64,000 bases of DNA, taken from the NCBI GenBank assembly GCA_934096405.1, contig CAKOLW010000002.1, forward strand, positions 16,754 through 80,753, written 5' to 3'. The stretch comes from an uncultured Bacilli bacterium. Lineage in GTDB: Bacteria > Bacillota_I > Bacilli_A > RF39 > UBA660. Positions 1-9,649 of the stretch are shown piece after piece. The stretch's first letter is position 1. The number at the start of each line of letters is the position of its first letter. Made by a program: the position numbers and the translations under genes. Below the pieces are notes generated by a model. That model did not search any database, was not told the origin of the DNA, and saw only the letters and a list, made by a program, of their open reading frames with translations.

Positions 1-1156
1 ACTTTTTTTCTTCTTCTTTTAACATATTTTTTAATAGTTTAGCCATTATATCATTTGCTCTTTGTAAATCAAGTCTTTCTAGTATTTTAAAGTAATCTAT
101 AGTATTTAAATCTTCACCAAATACTTTTATTAATTTTTCCTGGCTATCTTTAGGTAATTTTTTGTAATTAGCTAATATTTCTTCTTTAGTAAAATTATAT
201 TTTTTAAAGTAATCAAAGAATTTTATTATTCTAGAATTCTTGATTGTATTTTTTCTTCTTCTTTCTAAAAGTGCACATATATCTTTATCTTTTATTAATT
301 TCTTACTTTTTTTAATAGTAATTGAAATGTCATACATAGTTTTACCAGTTATTTCTACTATTCTTGTGACACTATAAGCTTCGTTATTATATATGCTATA
401 AAATAAATCAAATACTAGTTTTTCTTCTTTAGTTAAAGTTTTAAGATATGATTCAATTCTTTTTAGAGTATCAGCATTAAATGTTACACTTTTATCATCT
501 ATGTCTTCAATTTTTTCAAATTTCATATATAGTTCTTTTATTTTCTTAAGAGCACTTTTTTCTATGAGTGCTATGTTACTACCAGACGTATTATATAGTT
601 TACCTAATGTATCTCTAGGTATAATTGGAGAGTTATAAAATCCATATCTATAAATCAGTATTACCTTTTCTTTTTCAGGAAGACTGTTTATCATTTCATA
701 TATTTTTTCTTTGTATATTTTTTTTATTACTTTTTCTTCTACTATTTCATCTGATGGTATAAAATCGTAAAATTCATTTTCTGTATCATTTATTTTAAAA
801 CTATATTTATCATTATATGTATTTTTATAATATGGATTATTACGTTTAAGTTCTACTAAGATTGAGTTTTCTATACATTTTGCTAGATAATAGGAATAGT
901 TAGAATTCTCAGAAGATCTATAGTGATCAACTCCATCTATTAGTCCTTTTATACCAATAGATAGTAAATCTTCCATGTCAAAAAATGATTTATAGAATTT
1001 TTCATTTATGACTGAAATTACTAATCTTATGTTATGTAGAATTAATTTATTTCTTGCTTCAAAATTACCTTTTTCATTTTCTAGTATACATTTATCTTGT
1101 AAATTAGTATTTAAAGTTTCAGGTATTCCACCTAAAAAGCGTATGTTTCTATTCAT
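1..1156 (-). CDS. Sigma-70 family sigma factor, partial because the 3' end runs off the window (385 or more aa). It has sporulation-type (SigE/G/K-like) regions 2 and 4, followed by a second region-4-like HTH.
   Basis: Absent from the ORF track because there is no stop in the window. Hand translation from ATG 1156 (GGGGG RBS 6 nt upstream) stays open to position 1: MNRNIRFLGG..ARNKLILHNIRLVISVINEKF..DLLSIGIKGLIDGVDHY..YLAKCIENSILVELKR..LPEKEKVILIYRYGF..IALIEKSALKKIKE, then LTKEEKLVFDLFY..VTRIVEITGKTMYDISITIKKSKK. Confidence 0.75.
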   Translation of the reverse strand, partial: MNRNIRFLGGIPETLNTNLQDKCILENEKGNFEARNKLILHNIRLVISVINEKFYKSFFDMEDLLSIGIKGLIDGVDHYRSSENSNYSYYLAKCIENSILVELKRNNPYYKNTYNDKYSFKINDTENEFYDFIPSDEIVEEKVIKKIYKEKIYEMINSLPEKEKVILIYRYGFYNSPIIPRDTLGKLYNTSGSNIALIEKSALKKIKELYMKFEKIEDIDDKSVTFNADTLKRIESYLKTLTKEEKLVFDLFYSIYNNEAYSVTRIVEITGKTMYDISITIKKSKKLIKDKDICALLERRRKNTIKNSRIIKFFDYFKKYNFTKEEILANYKKLPKDSQEKLIKVFGEDLNTIDYFKILERLDLQRANDIMAKLLKNMLKEEEKK

Positions 1157-1211
1157 GATTAACCCCCATTGTTTCATCACAACCATATTCTATCATTAGA
1201 GAATAATTTAA

Positions 1212-1244
1212 TCAAGAAAAATCTAGTACATACTATACTAGATT
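1212..1244 (-). terminator. Rho-independent terminator after the 1250-2794 gene
   Basis: 9-bp perfect stem aatctagta/tactagatt with a 7-nt loop, followed on the minus strand by TTTTCTT. Confidence 0.6.
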
Positions 1245-1249
1245 ATTAA

Positions 1250-2794
1250 TTAACAATTTGAGTTAACTTCATCCACTATATATGGATTAGTTGGTGTCCC
1301 TGTTCCAGTTACCAATACACAAGAAGCTAATGAAATTGCGGGACGCGCAACATAATATGCATAATCGGAACGACCATCACTTAAATTTCCTGAATTAGCA
1401 GTACCGCCAGCTAGCCATATTGTAGCCCCAGAGCCAGTCCATCTACGTGGAGATAGTAACCAAATCCAACTATTACCGGTTATTGAATTTCCTTCACTAT
1501 TTAAATAATACCATGCATAAGGACTAGTTAATTTTGTGCCAGTTTTTCCACCAGCAAAGACAAGTTCATCTGCAGTTGCTAATGCTATTGGATACTTAAG
1601 TTTACCATTTCCTCCACCTGTTGTGCTTGCACTAAATTTATCAGCAATTGCTTGCACACTTTCAAATAAACCACCACTTGGATTTGTTCCACATTTGTAT
1701 GATGGGGTTTTATTATCAACTAGTCTTGTGTAACTGCCATAATATACTACTTTACTAGTTACATATTCATACTTTGAGTCATAACTTCTATCATTACAAT
1801 ATATTGCAGTTTTACTTATATATTTATCATAATTTGTTAGTAATTTATTCTCGTACCATGTATCTATATATTTTTTAATTGTACTATCATTTTCATTTGT
1901 TCTATTATTATCTATAGACCCACTTGTTCCATACATATAGCCTTCATATACTAAATCATTATATTCAGTATTAAATTTTGTACTTCCTAGGTAACCTTTT
2001 TCTGTATCTGTACTTGTTCCAGAATATAGAAGTCTTACGCCTCCATCTTCATTAGTACGAATTATTCTCCAGTAAAATCCTCCAAAGTATACCCAGTTAT
2101 TTGTTGTATTTCCCGAATAATAATATACATCACTTCCATCTTCTGTTTTATTTGTTTTATATATTGTTCCTGTTGTTGTTTCTGTATTTGTTACACTAAA
2201 ATCTGTTCTTTCACTTACAGTTGGATTATCTCTTAGTATTGCACTTGAAACCAAAACTCCTGGTTCGTCTGTTCCTTCTTCAATGAATATCTTACCTGAT
2301 ACTTCTTTTTCCATATCAGCACTTTGGTCTACATCATCATCACTTATGTACTTCAATTCTAATGTATAATTATGTTTTGTATTAGAGGCTATTGCAACAC
2401 TATATTTAATAATTATATCTTCTAGTGTAGTTGACTTTGGTATATCTTCATAGTCAATCATACTATATCCACCATCTGTACTTGTTATTTTATATACTAA
2501 ATAGCCTTTAGTTACAAATGTGTTTATTAAATCTTTAAATACTAAATTATATTTATATTCATAGTTTGTTTTATTCTCTACACTAAATGTTTTAGTTATA
2601 CTCCATCCTGGTTCTATATTTGTTCCTTCTATATCATCCCCGTTGTCAAAAACTATTTTCAAATCATTTGTATCAACAGTTATTTTCTTTTTATCTCCTC
2701 TTACTATGGAACTAAAGTAAGCATAGGTTAAACCTAATAACAAAAATAATACTAAGCAAATTCCATATATTAAAAACTTCTTTTCTTTTGTCAC
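1250..2794 (-). CDS. Secreted protein, family member 1. It has a SipW-type signal peptide, a TasA/camelysin-like N-domain and a C-terminal lectin-like (DUF6273/DUF1566-like) domain.
   Basis: The ORF track gives 1250..2833 from a TTG that lies inside the promoter. The likely start is GTG 2794, 9 nt after AGGAGA. The N-terminus KKFLIYGICLVLFLLLGLTYAYFS matches the (T)(F/Y)AYFS SipW-class signal. Other motifs: IEPGWSITKTFSVEN; YYYSGNTTNNWVYFGGFYWRIIRTNEDG; YPIALATADELVFAGG; WIWLLSPRRW; YYVARPAISL. The protein ends in C-x21-C-COOH. Confidence 0.85.
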   Translation of the reverse strand: MTKEKKFLIYGICLVLFLLLGLTYAYFSSIVRGDKKKITVDTNDLKIVFDNGDDIEGTNIEPGWSITKTFSVENKTNYEYKYNLVFKDLINTFVTKGYLVYKITSTDGGYSMIDYEDIPKSTTLEDIIIKYSVAIASNTKHNYTLELKYISDDDVDQSADMEKEVSGKIFIEEGTDEPGVLVSSAILRDNPTVSERTDFSVTNTETTTGTIYKTNKTEDGSDVYYYSGNTTNNWVYFGGFYWRIIRTNEDGGVRLLYSGTSTDTEKGYLGSTKFNTEYNDLVYEGYMYGTSGSIDNNRTNENDSTIKKYIDTWYENKLLTNYDKYISKTAIYCNDRSYDSKYEYVTSKVVYYGSYTRLVDNKTPSYKCGTNPSGGLFESVQAIADKFSASTTGGGNGKLKYPIALATADELVFAGGKTGTKLTSPYAWYYLNSEGNSITGNSWIWLLSPRRWTGSGATIWLAGGTANSGNLSDGRSDYAYYVARPAISLASCVLVTGTGTPTNPYIVDEVNSNC

Positions 2795-2823
2795 CTTTAC
2801 AACTCTCCTATCTTTACATTTTA

Positions 2824-2852
2824 ATTTTATCAAAAAAAGTAGTTTGTTACAA
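2824..2852 (-). promoter_or_regulatory. Sigma-A-type promoter TTGTAA-N17-TAAAAT with an extended -10 TG, for family member 1
   Basis: The minus strand reads ..TTGTAAcaaactactttttttGaTAAAATtaaa. The same module occurs at 39771-39799 and a related one at 24973-25001. Confidence 0.55.
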
Positions 2853-2859
2853 CTACTTT
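2836..2859 (-). terminator. Terminator of ftsZ, overlapping the -35 of the next promoter
   Basis: The minus strand reads aaagtagttgtaacaaactacttt followed by a T7 run. Confidence 0.65.
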
Positions 2860-2871
2860 GAAAGTTTTATT

Positions 2872-3933
2872 TTAAATATCTCTATTTCTTAAAAAAGGAG
2901 GTAAATCATCATCGTCATCATCTACTAATTTTTTGTTATCAGTTGATGGAGTTGTGTATGTTTGATATAAAGGTTCTGTTTCATCTTCAAAACCAGTAGC
3001 TATAACTGTTACTATTGCTTCATCTGTTAAAGACTCATTTATTACAGCACCAAATATAATATTTATATCTGTATTTGCGGCTCCTCTAATTACTTCTGCT
3101 GCATCTTCTGCTTCAAATAAAGTTAATGAGTTTCCACCAGTTATATTTATAATACAATCTGTAGCTCCATTTATAGTTGTTTCTAGTAATGGACTTGATA
3201 CTGCTTCTTTAGCAGCTTCTATAGCTCTGTTTTCTCCAAATCCTACACCTATTCCAATTAGTGCTTGTCCTCTGTTTTCCATTATTGCTTTTACATCAGC
3301 AAAGTCTAGGTTAACTAATCCAGGAACACTAATTAAGTCAGATATAGATTGTACACCAAGTCTTAATACATTATCTACTTCTTTAAATGCATCAGTCATT
3401 GGAGTTGATTTATCTATTAAATCTCTTAATCTATCATTAGGAATTACTACATAAGTGTCTACATGCTTTTTTAATTCATCTAAACCTAATAAAGCATGAT
3501 CCATTCTTTTCTTTCCTTCAAACTTAAATGGTTTAGTTACAATTGCTACTGTAAGGCATCCTAACCCTTGTGCTATCTCAGCAATTACTGGTGCAGCTCC
3601 TGTACCTGTACCTCCACCAAGACCACAAGTAACAAATACCATGTCTGCCCCTCTTAAAGCATCTTCTATTTCATTTCTACTTTCTAAAGCAGCTTCTCTT
3701 CCAACTTCAGGGTCAGCTCCAGCACCAAGGCCATCAGTTATAGAAGCACCTATTTGTAACTTTGTTTCAGCTTTACTTGTGTTTAAAACTTGTAAATCCG
3801 TATTAGCAACTATAAATTCTACTCCTCTTAATCCAGATTCAATCATTCGGTTTACAGCATTACATCCGCCCCCACCTACACCTATAACTTTAATTTTTGC
3901 TATTTGTAACATTTCTAATGAATTTCCTTGCAT
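2872..3933 (-). CDS. ftsZ: Cell division GTPase FtsZ
   Basis: Motifs [26 protein letters not shown] and [16 protein letters not shown]. It has an acidic C-terminal tail with PPFLRNR. An AAGGAG RBS is present. Confidence 0.97.
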   Translation of the reverse strand: MQGNSLEMLQIAKIKVIGVGGGGCNAVNRMIESGLRGVEFIVANTDLQVLNTSKAETKLQIGASITDGLGAGADPEVGREAALESRNEIEDALRGADMVFVTCGLGGGTGTGAAPVIAEIAQGLGCLTVAIVTKPFKFEGKKRMDHALLGLDELKKHVDTYVVIPNDRLRDLIDKSTPMTDAFKEVDNVLRLGVQSISDLISVPGLVNLDFADVKAIMENRGQALIGIGVGFGENRAIEAAKEAVSSPLLETTINGATDCIINITGGNSLTLFEAEDAAEVIRGAANTDINIIFGAVINESLTDEAIVTVIATGFEDETEPLYQTYTTPSTDNKKLVDDDDDDLPPFLRNRDI

Positions 3934-3945
3934 TTTACACTCTCC

Positions 3946-5184
3946 TTAATTATCAAAAAAGTAACTATATACTTTTCCTAATAAACTACCTTCATCTATT
4001 TTTTTCTTTTCTTTAAATATTTCTTCTTGTTCATAATCATCTATGGTAGTTGCTTTTTTATTTCTAAATTTTAATTTTTCATAATAGTATTTAATTATAC
4101 CAATAGCTGTACTATATTTATTATTTCTTACTCCTAGTATATTTAGTTTAGTATTTTCATAATTCTTGCCAAATACTTCATTGTATACTTTATTAAAGCC
4201 TTCTATCTCAGTACAACCTCCTGTAATGATTATATAACTAATTTCCTTTTTTGTTAAGAGATTTATTTGTTTTTTTGCAAGTTCTAATATTTCTCTTAAC
4301 CTAGAATAAACTATTTCACTTACTTCATATTGATTTATTTTAATATGTTCTTCAGATTTTGTCAAGCATTCTACAGTTTCATTTGTACTTGCATTAGCTT
4401 TATGTGCTAGGGCAAATGTTTCTTTTAATTTTTTACTTTCTTCTAAAGATAAATCATATATATAACTTATATCTCTATCTATGTTTTTACTACCTATATC
4501 TAATACTTCTGTACTAATTAGATTATCTTTATTTATTATACTTACTTCTGTTTTATCAGAGCCTATATTAATTATAGATACTATTTTATCTTTAAATTCA
4601 TTTTTTCTAAAAGCATAATAATCAGCTTGTCCTCCAAATGCTAAGTCTACTACCTTAACTCCTAATTTATCTAGTATTTCTATTAGACTAAATATATTCT
4701 TTTTAGGTATTACTCCTAATAGAGAATTTACTGATAATCTAGAAGCTTCAATGTTTTTAGGATCATTTACTATTTTGCTTTCATTAATTATGTAATCTAC
4801 TCCATTTACACTTACTAATTCTAAATTAGGACTAACCCTGTTATATACACTTGCTTGTAGTACATGAGTTACATCTTCTCCAGTTATTTTTTTGTCTTCT
4901 CTAGTGATTGTAATGTATCCTTCTCCTTTTATAAAATTAGCATAGTATGATGGACTTACTAATACAATCTTATTTATTTTAATTCCTAATACATCTTCAG
5001 TCTTTGTTAGAGCTTCTTTTATGCATTCTTTAGCTATTTCTTCATTAACTATTATTCCTTTTTTTATGCCTTTGCTTTTTATTTCAGTGCATGCCAAAAC
5101 AAATAATTCTTCATTATAAATTTCTCCAACAATTACTTTTACACTATTTGAACCTAAATCTAAACTTGTTATTATTTGTTTCAT
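3946..5184 (-). CDS. ftsA: Cell division protein FtsA
   Basis: Actin-like ATPase with SLDLGSNSVKVIVGE and a 412-aa length, lying immediately upstream of ftsZ. Confidence 0.9.
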   Translation of the reverse strand: MKQIITSLDLGSNSVKVIVGEIYNEELFVLACTEIKSKGIKKGIIVNEEIAKECIKEALTKTEDVLGIKINKIVLVSPSYYANFIKGEGYITITREDKKITGEDVTHVLQASVYNRVSPNLELVSVNGVDYIINESKIVNDPKNIEASRLSVNSLLGVIPKKNIFSLIEILDKLGVKVVDLAFGGQADYYAFRKNEFKDKIVSIINIGSDKTEVSIINKDNLISTEVLDIGSKNIDRDISYIYDLSLEESKKLKETFALAHKANASTNETVECLTKSEEHIKINQYEVSEIVYSRLREILELAKKQINLLTKKEISYIIITGGCTEIEGFNKVYNEVFGKNYENTKLNILGVRNNKYSTAIGIIKYYYEKLKFRNKKATTIDDYEQEEIFKEKKKIDEGSLLGKVYSYFFDN

Positions 5185-5240
5185 AATACCTCTCTTATTT
5201 TCTGAAATAATTATATCAAAGTTTTTTTATTTTTTAAAGA

Positions 5241-5924
5241 TTATTCTTTAATTTCGAAATAATTTCCACTATCTAAATATAATATTCCTTTATGTTTTCC
5301 TAATTCTTTTTTTATTTTAGAGTAATTATTAAACTCTTTTATTTTATTTAAAGTTATATATACTTGGTTACCATCATTCATATATATTAGAAATCTTTCA
5401 TTATCATATGTGGTGTTTGCATATTCAATTTCACTTATTTTACTTAGTAATTCTATATCTAATGTTTTGAATTTACTTATTAATTTTGTTTCTATGTTAT
5501 CAGGTACATAGTTTATTAATATTGGTATATTAGAATTTACATTTAGTTCAGTTAATTTTGTTCCATTTTCTAATATGTATTCATTATTACTTCTTGTTAG
5601 GTATAATATTTTATATTCTTCAATATTTATCGTTATTTTAAATCCAAAACCTTTTCTTACTTTTACATTTTTAACTAATGGATAATTCTTTTTTATTTTG
5701 TTTTCAATTGTAAAACCTAGAGTTTTAAAATAAGAAGGGTATTTATCTAATCCTGTTGTTTCCATTATTTCAATGTCACTAATGTATGTATTTCCTTTTA
5801 TTACTATGTTTTTAATTTTTATTTTTCCTAGTAAATAGAAAGAAAAAGCTACTATAATGATAAATAGTATAAATTTTAAGAATTTAAGAAAATTAAATCT
5901 TTTTATTTTAACTTTTTTTGTCAT
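5241..5924 (-). CDS. divIB: Cell division protein DivIB/FtsQ
   Basis: A single N-terminal TM segment is followed by a POTRA-like IKNIVIKGNTYISDIEIMETTGL. The gene sits upstream of ftsA. Confidence 0.75.
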   Translation of the reverse strand: MTKKVKIKRFNFLKFLKFILFIIIVAFSFYLLGKIKIKNIVIKGNTYISDIEIMETTGLDKYPSYFKTLGFTIENKIKKNYPLVKNVKVRKGFGFKITINIEEYKILYLTRSNNEYILENGTKLTELNVNSNIPILINYVPDNIETKLISKFKTLDIELLSKISEIEYANTTYDNERFLIYMNDGNQVYITLNKIKEFNNYSKIKKELGKHKGILYLDSGNYFEIKE

Positions 5925-5945
5925 TATAATAACCTCCTTATATAA

Positions 5946-6767
5946 TTATTCTTTTATTAATTTTATATAGTTTTCATATCTACTTTTGAGTATTTTTCCA
6001 GAATTTACTCTTTCTATTACTGAACAATTGTCATTTTTTGTGTGATTACAACTTTTGTATTTGCAGTTAAATCCAAATTCTTTAAAGTAATCTTTTATAT
6101 TGTTTTTATCTATATCAAGTTCAAGACTACTAAATCCAGGAGTGTCTGCGATAAGACCTTTGGAAGTATTTATTAATTCTACTAATCTTGTGGTATGTTT
6201 TCCTCTTCCTAAAGACATGCTTACCTCTCCAGTTTTTAAATTTAGATTTTTATCAATTTTATTTAATAATGTACTTTTACCAGCACCGGTTTGTCCAGAT
6301 ACTGCGACTACATTATTTTTAATTTCTTTTTTTATTTTTGATATTTGTTTGTTAGTATAAACCTTATAACCTATTTTTTTATAGTATTTAATATTTTTTT
6401 TGATTTCTTTAATTTCTTTTTTACTACATAAATCCAACTTAGTTATGATAATGATAGGCTCGATGTTATTGTACTCACTTAGTACTAAGAATTTATCGAG
6501 TAAGTATGTGCTAAATGCAGGTATATGAGTACTTATAACTATGAATAATTTGTCTATGTTAGATATTAAAGGTCTTATTAGAGAATTTTTTCTTTCTAAC
6601 TGGTTTTCTATTGTTAATGTTTTTTCATTAAATTCTATGTTATCTCCTACAGTTAGTTTTATATTTTTTAATTTTCCCCTGACTGTACAAGGAAAAAGAC
6701 TGTTATTATACATAACAGTATATAAATCTTTATTTATACTTATTATTTTTCCCACTGTGTTTTCCAT
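5946..6767 (-). CDS. rsgA: Ribosome small-subunit biogenesis GTPase RsgA (YloQ/CpgA)
   Basis: Circularly permuted GTPase with TKLDL followed by GQTGAGKSTLLN. The C-terminal zinc knuckle is CKYKSCNHTKNDNC. Confidence 0.9.
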   Translation of the reverse strand: MENTVGKIISINKDLYTVMYNNSLFPCTVRGKLKNIKLTVGDNIEFNEKTLTIENQLERKNSLIRPLISNIDKLFIVISTHIPAFSTYLLDKFLVLSEYNNIEPIIIITKLDLCSKKEIKEIKKNIKYYKKIGYKVYTNKQISKIKKEIKNNVVAVSGQTGAGKSTLLNKIDKNLNLKTGEVSMSLGRGKHTTRLVELINTSKGLIADTPGFSSLELDIDKNNIKDYFKEFGFNCKYKSCNHTKNDNCSVIERVNSGKILKSRYENYIKLIKE

Positions 6768-6782
6768 AATTTTATCTTTCCG

Positions 6783-8582
6783 TTAGTTATTATTTTCTGT
6801 GTTATTATTTTCGTTGTTTTCTTCTCCAGGTGTTAGTGTTCCTTCTACTACTTCTGGAGTTTTAGCAACCGTAATTGTTAATGTTACTCCTTCAGTTACT
6901 ACACTTTTAGCTGGTCTTGATTGATTAATTATTTTTCCATTAGGTAATAGTGAATTTTCTTCTTCTCTTATTTCTAATGTTAATTTATATTTATTAGCAA
7001 ATTCTTGTACCATTTCTAAAGTATAACTTCCATTTGTAAAATCCGGGTATAAGATTTCTAATTCAGGAACATATAATGTAATGCTTGAACCATATTTTAT
7101 AGTTTCATCAACTCCTGGGCTAGTTCTTAAAACAGTTTCTTCTTTACCTTTATATTTTTCTTCATTTGTTACTTTTTCTTTTTCTATTACAACATTACAA
7201 TTGTATTTAGTTTCAAGAATTGTTTTTACTTCAATATAATTTTTACCACTATAGTCTGGCATTGTAAATGTAGCATCACCACTTGATATGTATATACAAA
7301 CTGTTTTGCCTTCTTTTACAATTGTACCTTTTTCTGGATCAGTTTTGACAACATAACCCTCTTTTATTTCATCATTAGGTATGTATTTATAGTCTCCATC
7401 AGAGCATTTTACATTGAATCCTTTTTTAGTCAATGTGTTACTTGCATCAACTTTGCTTAAGTTAGAAACATCAGGTACTTCTAATGTTTTACCTTTACTT
7501 AATTTAGGAAGTAAGAATATTACAACTGTTATTAGAACAATTAATCCTGCAAATACACACCCTAAGATAAGTAAAATATTTTTTTGTTTTTTTTCTTCAT
7601 TATCTTCTTTTTCAGTAACGATTTCTTTTGGCGTTTCTTTTTTAGTTTCTTGTTTTTTTATTTCTTTAACCACTGTGTCTAATTTTTTAGTATTTTCAAC
7701 ATCATATTCAGGATATGGGTAAACATATTTTTTTTCATTAGCTCTTGTTTCATCTAAGCAAGTTATTATGTCTTGATGCATTTCTCTTGCATCTTTATAC
7801 CTATTAGCTGGATTCTTAGCTGTTGCTTTTATTATTATATTTTCTACACTTTGTGGTAATTCTGGCAATATTTTTCTTATGCTTGGTATTGGTTCTTTTA
7901 ATTGTTTTAAAGCTATTTCTACAGCATTTTCCCCTTTAAAAGGCACACTACCTGTTAATAGTTCATACATTAGTATACCCATAGAATAAATATCACTTTT
8001 TATGGTACAGCCTTTACCTGCTGCTTGTTCTGGAGGTAAATAATGAACACTACCCATTACTGAATTAGTTTGTGTTAATTGAGTACTATTTAGTGCCATT
8101 GCAATACCAAAGTCAGTTATTTTTATTAATCCATTTTCTAGTATCATTATATTTTGAGGTTTTATGTCTCTATGTATAATGTATGAATCATGAGCATGAG
8201 CCATACCATCTGTTATTTGACTCATTATATCTATAACTTCTGTTATCGTTAGACTTCCTCTTTTTTTAAGTAATTGTTTTAACGTTTTTCCTTCTACATA
8301 TTCCATTACTATGTAGTATTCTCCATCATCTTCTCCAACATCATACATTTCGACTATGTTAGGATGATTTAGACTAGAGGCACTTAAAGCTTCTCTTTGG
8401 AATCTTCTTACGAATTTTTCATCATTTCTTAAGTCACCACGAAGTACTTTAACTGCTACATTTCTATCTAATATAGTATCATAAGCTAAATAAACATTAG
8501 CCATACCGCCTTCACCAATAGTTCTAATTATAGAATATCTGTTATTTATCTTTGTTCCTTTATTTATCATACACACCACCAT
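6783..8582 (-). CDS. pknB: PASTA-domain Ser/Thr protein kinase PknB/PrkC
   Basis: Hanks kinase motifs GEGGMANVY, HRDIKPQNIM, DFG and SVHYLPPEQ, followed by a TM segment and three PASTA-like repeats. The real start may be ATG 8570, which overlaps the stp stop. Confidence 0.93.
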   Translation of the reverse strand: MVVCMINKGTKINNRYSIIRTIGEGGMANVYLAYDTILDRNVAVKVLRGDLRNDEKFVRRFQREALSASSLNHPNIVEMYDVGEDDGEYYIVMEYVEGKTLKQLLKKRGSLTITEVIDIMSQITDGMAHAHDSYIIHRDIKPQNIMILENGLIKITDFGIAMALNSTQLTQTNSVMGSVHYLPPEQAAGKGCTIKSDIYSMGILMYELLTGSVPFKGENAVEIALKQLKEPIPSIRKILPELPQSVENIIIKATAKNPANRYKDAREMHQDIITCLDETRANEKKYVYPYPEYDVENTKKLDTVVKEIKKQETKKETPKEIVTEKEDNEEKKQKNILLILGCVFAGLIVLITVVIFLLPKLSKGKTLEVPDVSNLSKVDASNTLTKKGFNVKCSDGDYKYIPNDEIKEGYVVKTDPEKGTIVKEGKTVCIYISSGDATFTMPDYSGKNYIEVKTILETKYNCNVVIEKEKVTNEEKYKGKEETVLRTSPGVDETIKYGSSITLYVPELEILYPDFTNGSYTLEMVQEFANKYKLTLEIREEENSLLPNGKIINQSRPAKSVVTEGVTLTITVAKTPEVVEGTLTPGEENNENNNTENNN

Positions 8583-9309
8583 TTATTAATAAAACTGCTA
8601 TGGAAATATTATCATTTCCACCCCTTAAATTACTCTTTAATATTAGTTTGCCTACTTTTTCTTCTATATCTAAGTCTTCATCATTTAATACTTTTTCTAT
8701 TTGTTCTTTTGTAACCATATTAGTTAACCCATCACTACACAAAAATATTCCGTCAACAGAATTTTCAACATCAAAAATGTCTACTTCTGCTTTTGGACTA
8801 GCACCTAGTGCTCGCATTAATACATTTTTTTGTGGATGATTAGCTGCTTCTTCTGGTCTTATTTCTCCGGTGTCCACCAAAAAGTTAGCATATGTGTGAT
8901 CTTTAGTAACTTTATATAGTTTACCATTTTTAAATACAAACCCACTAGAATCTCCAATGTTAGCAAAAATTAAATATTCCTTAGTTAGTAATGCACATAC
9001 AAGTGTTGTTCCTAATCCTGTAGCATCAACGTGTTCTTCTGCATATTTAATAATATTTGTGTTTACTTCTTCAATAATTTCTTTTAACCAAGTTATTGCA
9101 TCTATTTTAGTTCCTAATGTACTCATGCTTTGGAATCTTGAGCCAATATGTGTCACAGCTAAAGAACTAGCAACTTCTCCAGCACGGTGACCACCCATGC
9201 CATCAGCAACCATTAGCAAATAGTCCCCACTTAAGTTTTTAACTATAGTAACACTATCTTCGTTATGATTTCTAACTTTTCCAGCATCCGTTTGATAATG
9301 TGCTAACAT
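8560..9309 (-). CDS. stp: PP2C-family Ser/Thr phosphatase Stp/PrpC
   Basis: Motifs NEDS, ADGMGGHRAGEVAS, LCSDGL and GGNDNIS. It is translationally coupled to pknB. Confidence 0.92.
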   Translation of the reverse strand: MLAHYQTDAGKVRNHNEDSVTIVKNLSGDYLLMVADGMGGHRAGEVASSLAVTHIGSRFQSMSTLGTKIDAITWLKEIIEEVNTNIIKYAEEHVDATGLGTTLVCALLTKEYLIFANIGDSSGFVFKNGKLYKVTKDHTYANFLVDTGEIRPEEAANHPQKNVLMRALGASPKAEVDIFDVENSVDGIFLCSDGLTNMVTKEQIEKVLNDEDLDIEEKVGKLILKSNLRGGNDNISIAVLLINGGVYDK

Positions 9310-9411
9310 AATTATTACACCTCTTTCAAATTCTTACTAAAATAAGTATAACACAAAATACACTTAATTCAAATAAAACTATTTAATTATATGTCAAATT
9401 TAAGTATTTTT

Positions 9412-9453
9412 ACCAATAGAAAGAGATATATTAGATTTTTTCTAATATATCTC
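9412..9453 (-). terminator. Terminator closing the bacteriocin operon
   Basis: 13-bp perfect stem gagatatattaga/tctaatatatctc with a 5-nt loop, followed on the minus strand by TCTTTCTATT. Confidence 0.7.
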
Positions 9454-9458
9454 AAAGA

Positions 9459-9617
9459 TTAAAATCCACAAGTTTTTCCGTTTCTATATCTGATGATGTA
9501 ACTTCCTACTCTTCTTCCAATATCATAAAGAGATGTTATACCTCTTACTATAGATGATATTAAAGCAGCTGAGAATGAAACTCCACCATATATATTTTTT
9601 AATTCATTTTTATTCAT
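9459..9617 (-). CDS. Double-glycine-leader peptide 1 (class II bacteriocin-like precursor, 52 aa)
   Basis: Not in the ORF track. An RBS gaaaGGAGaatc precedes the ATG. Sequence: MNKNELKNIYGG|VSFSAALISSIVRGITSLYDIGRRVGSYIIRYRNGKTCGF. Confidence 0.8.
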   Translation of the reverse strand: MNKNELKNIYGGVSFSAALISSIVRGITSLYDIGRRVGSYIIRYRNGKTCGF

Positions 9618-9649
9618 GATTCTCCTTTCTGTATATTTTTATTATTTTT

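Noticed and set aside
2795-2833. N-terminal extensions of ORFs given in the track (for example TTG 2833, GTG 13163, 15965, 31931, 28893 and 26837).
   Set aside because: Internal ATG/GTG codons have properly spaced Shine-Dalgarno sequences. In the case of 2833, the extension lies inside the mapped promoter (-10 box). For L33 and S21, homology confirms the shorter forms.
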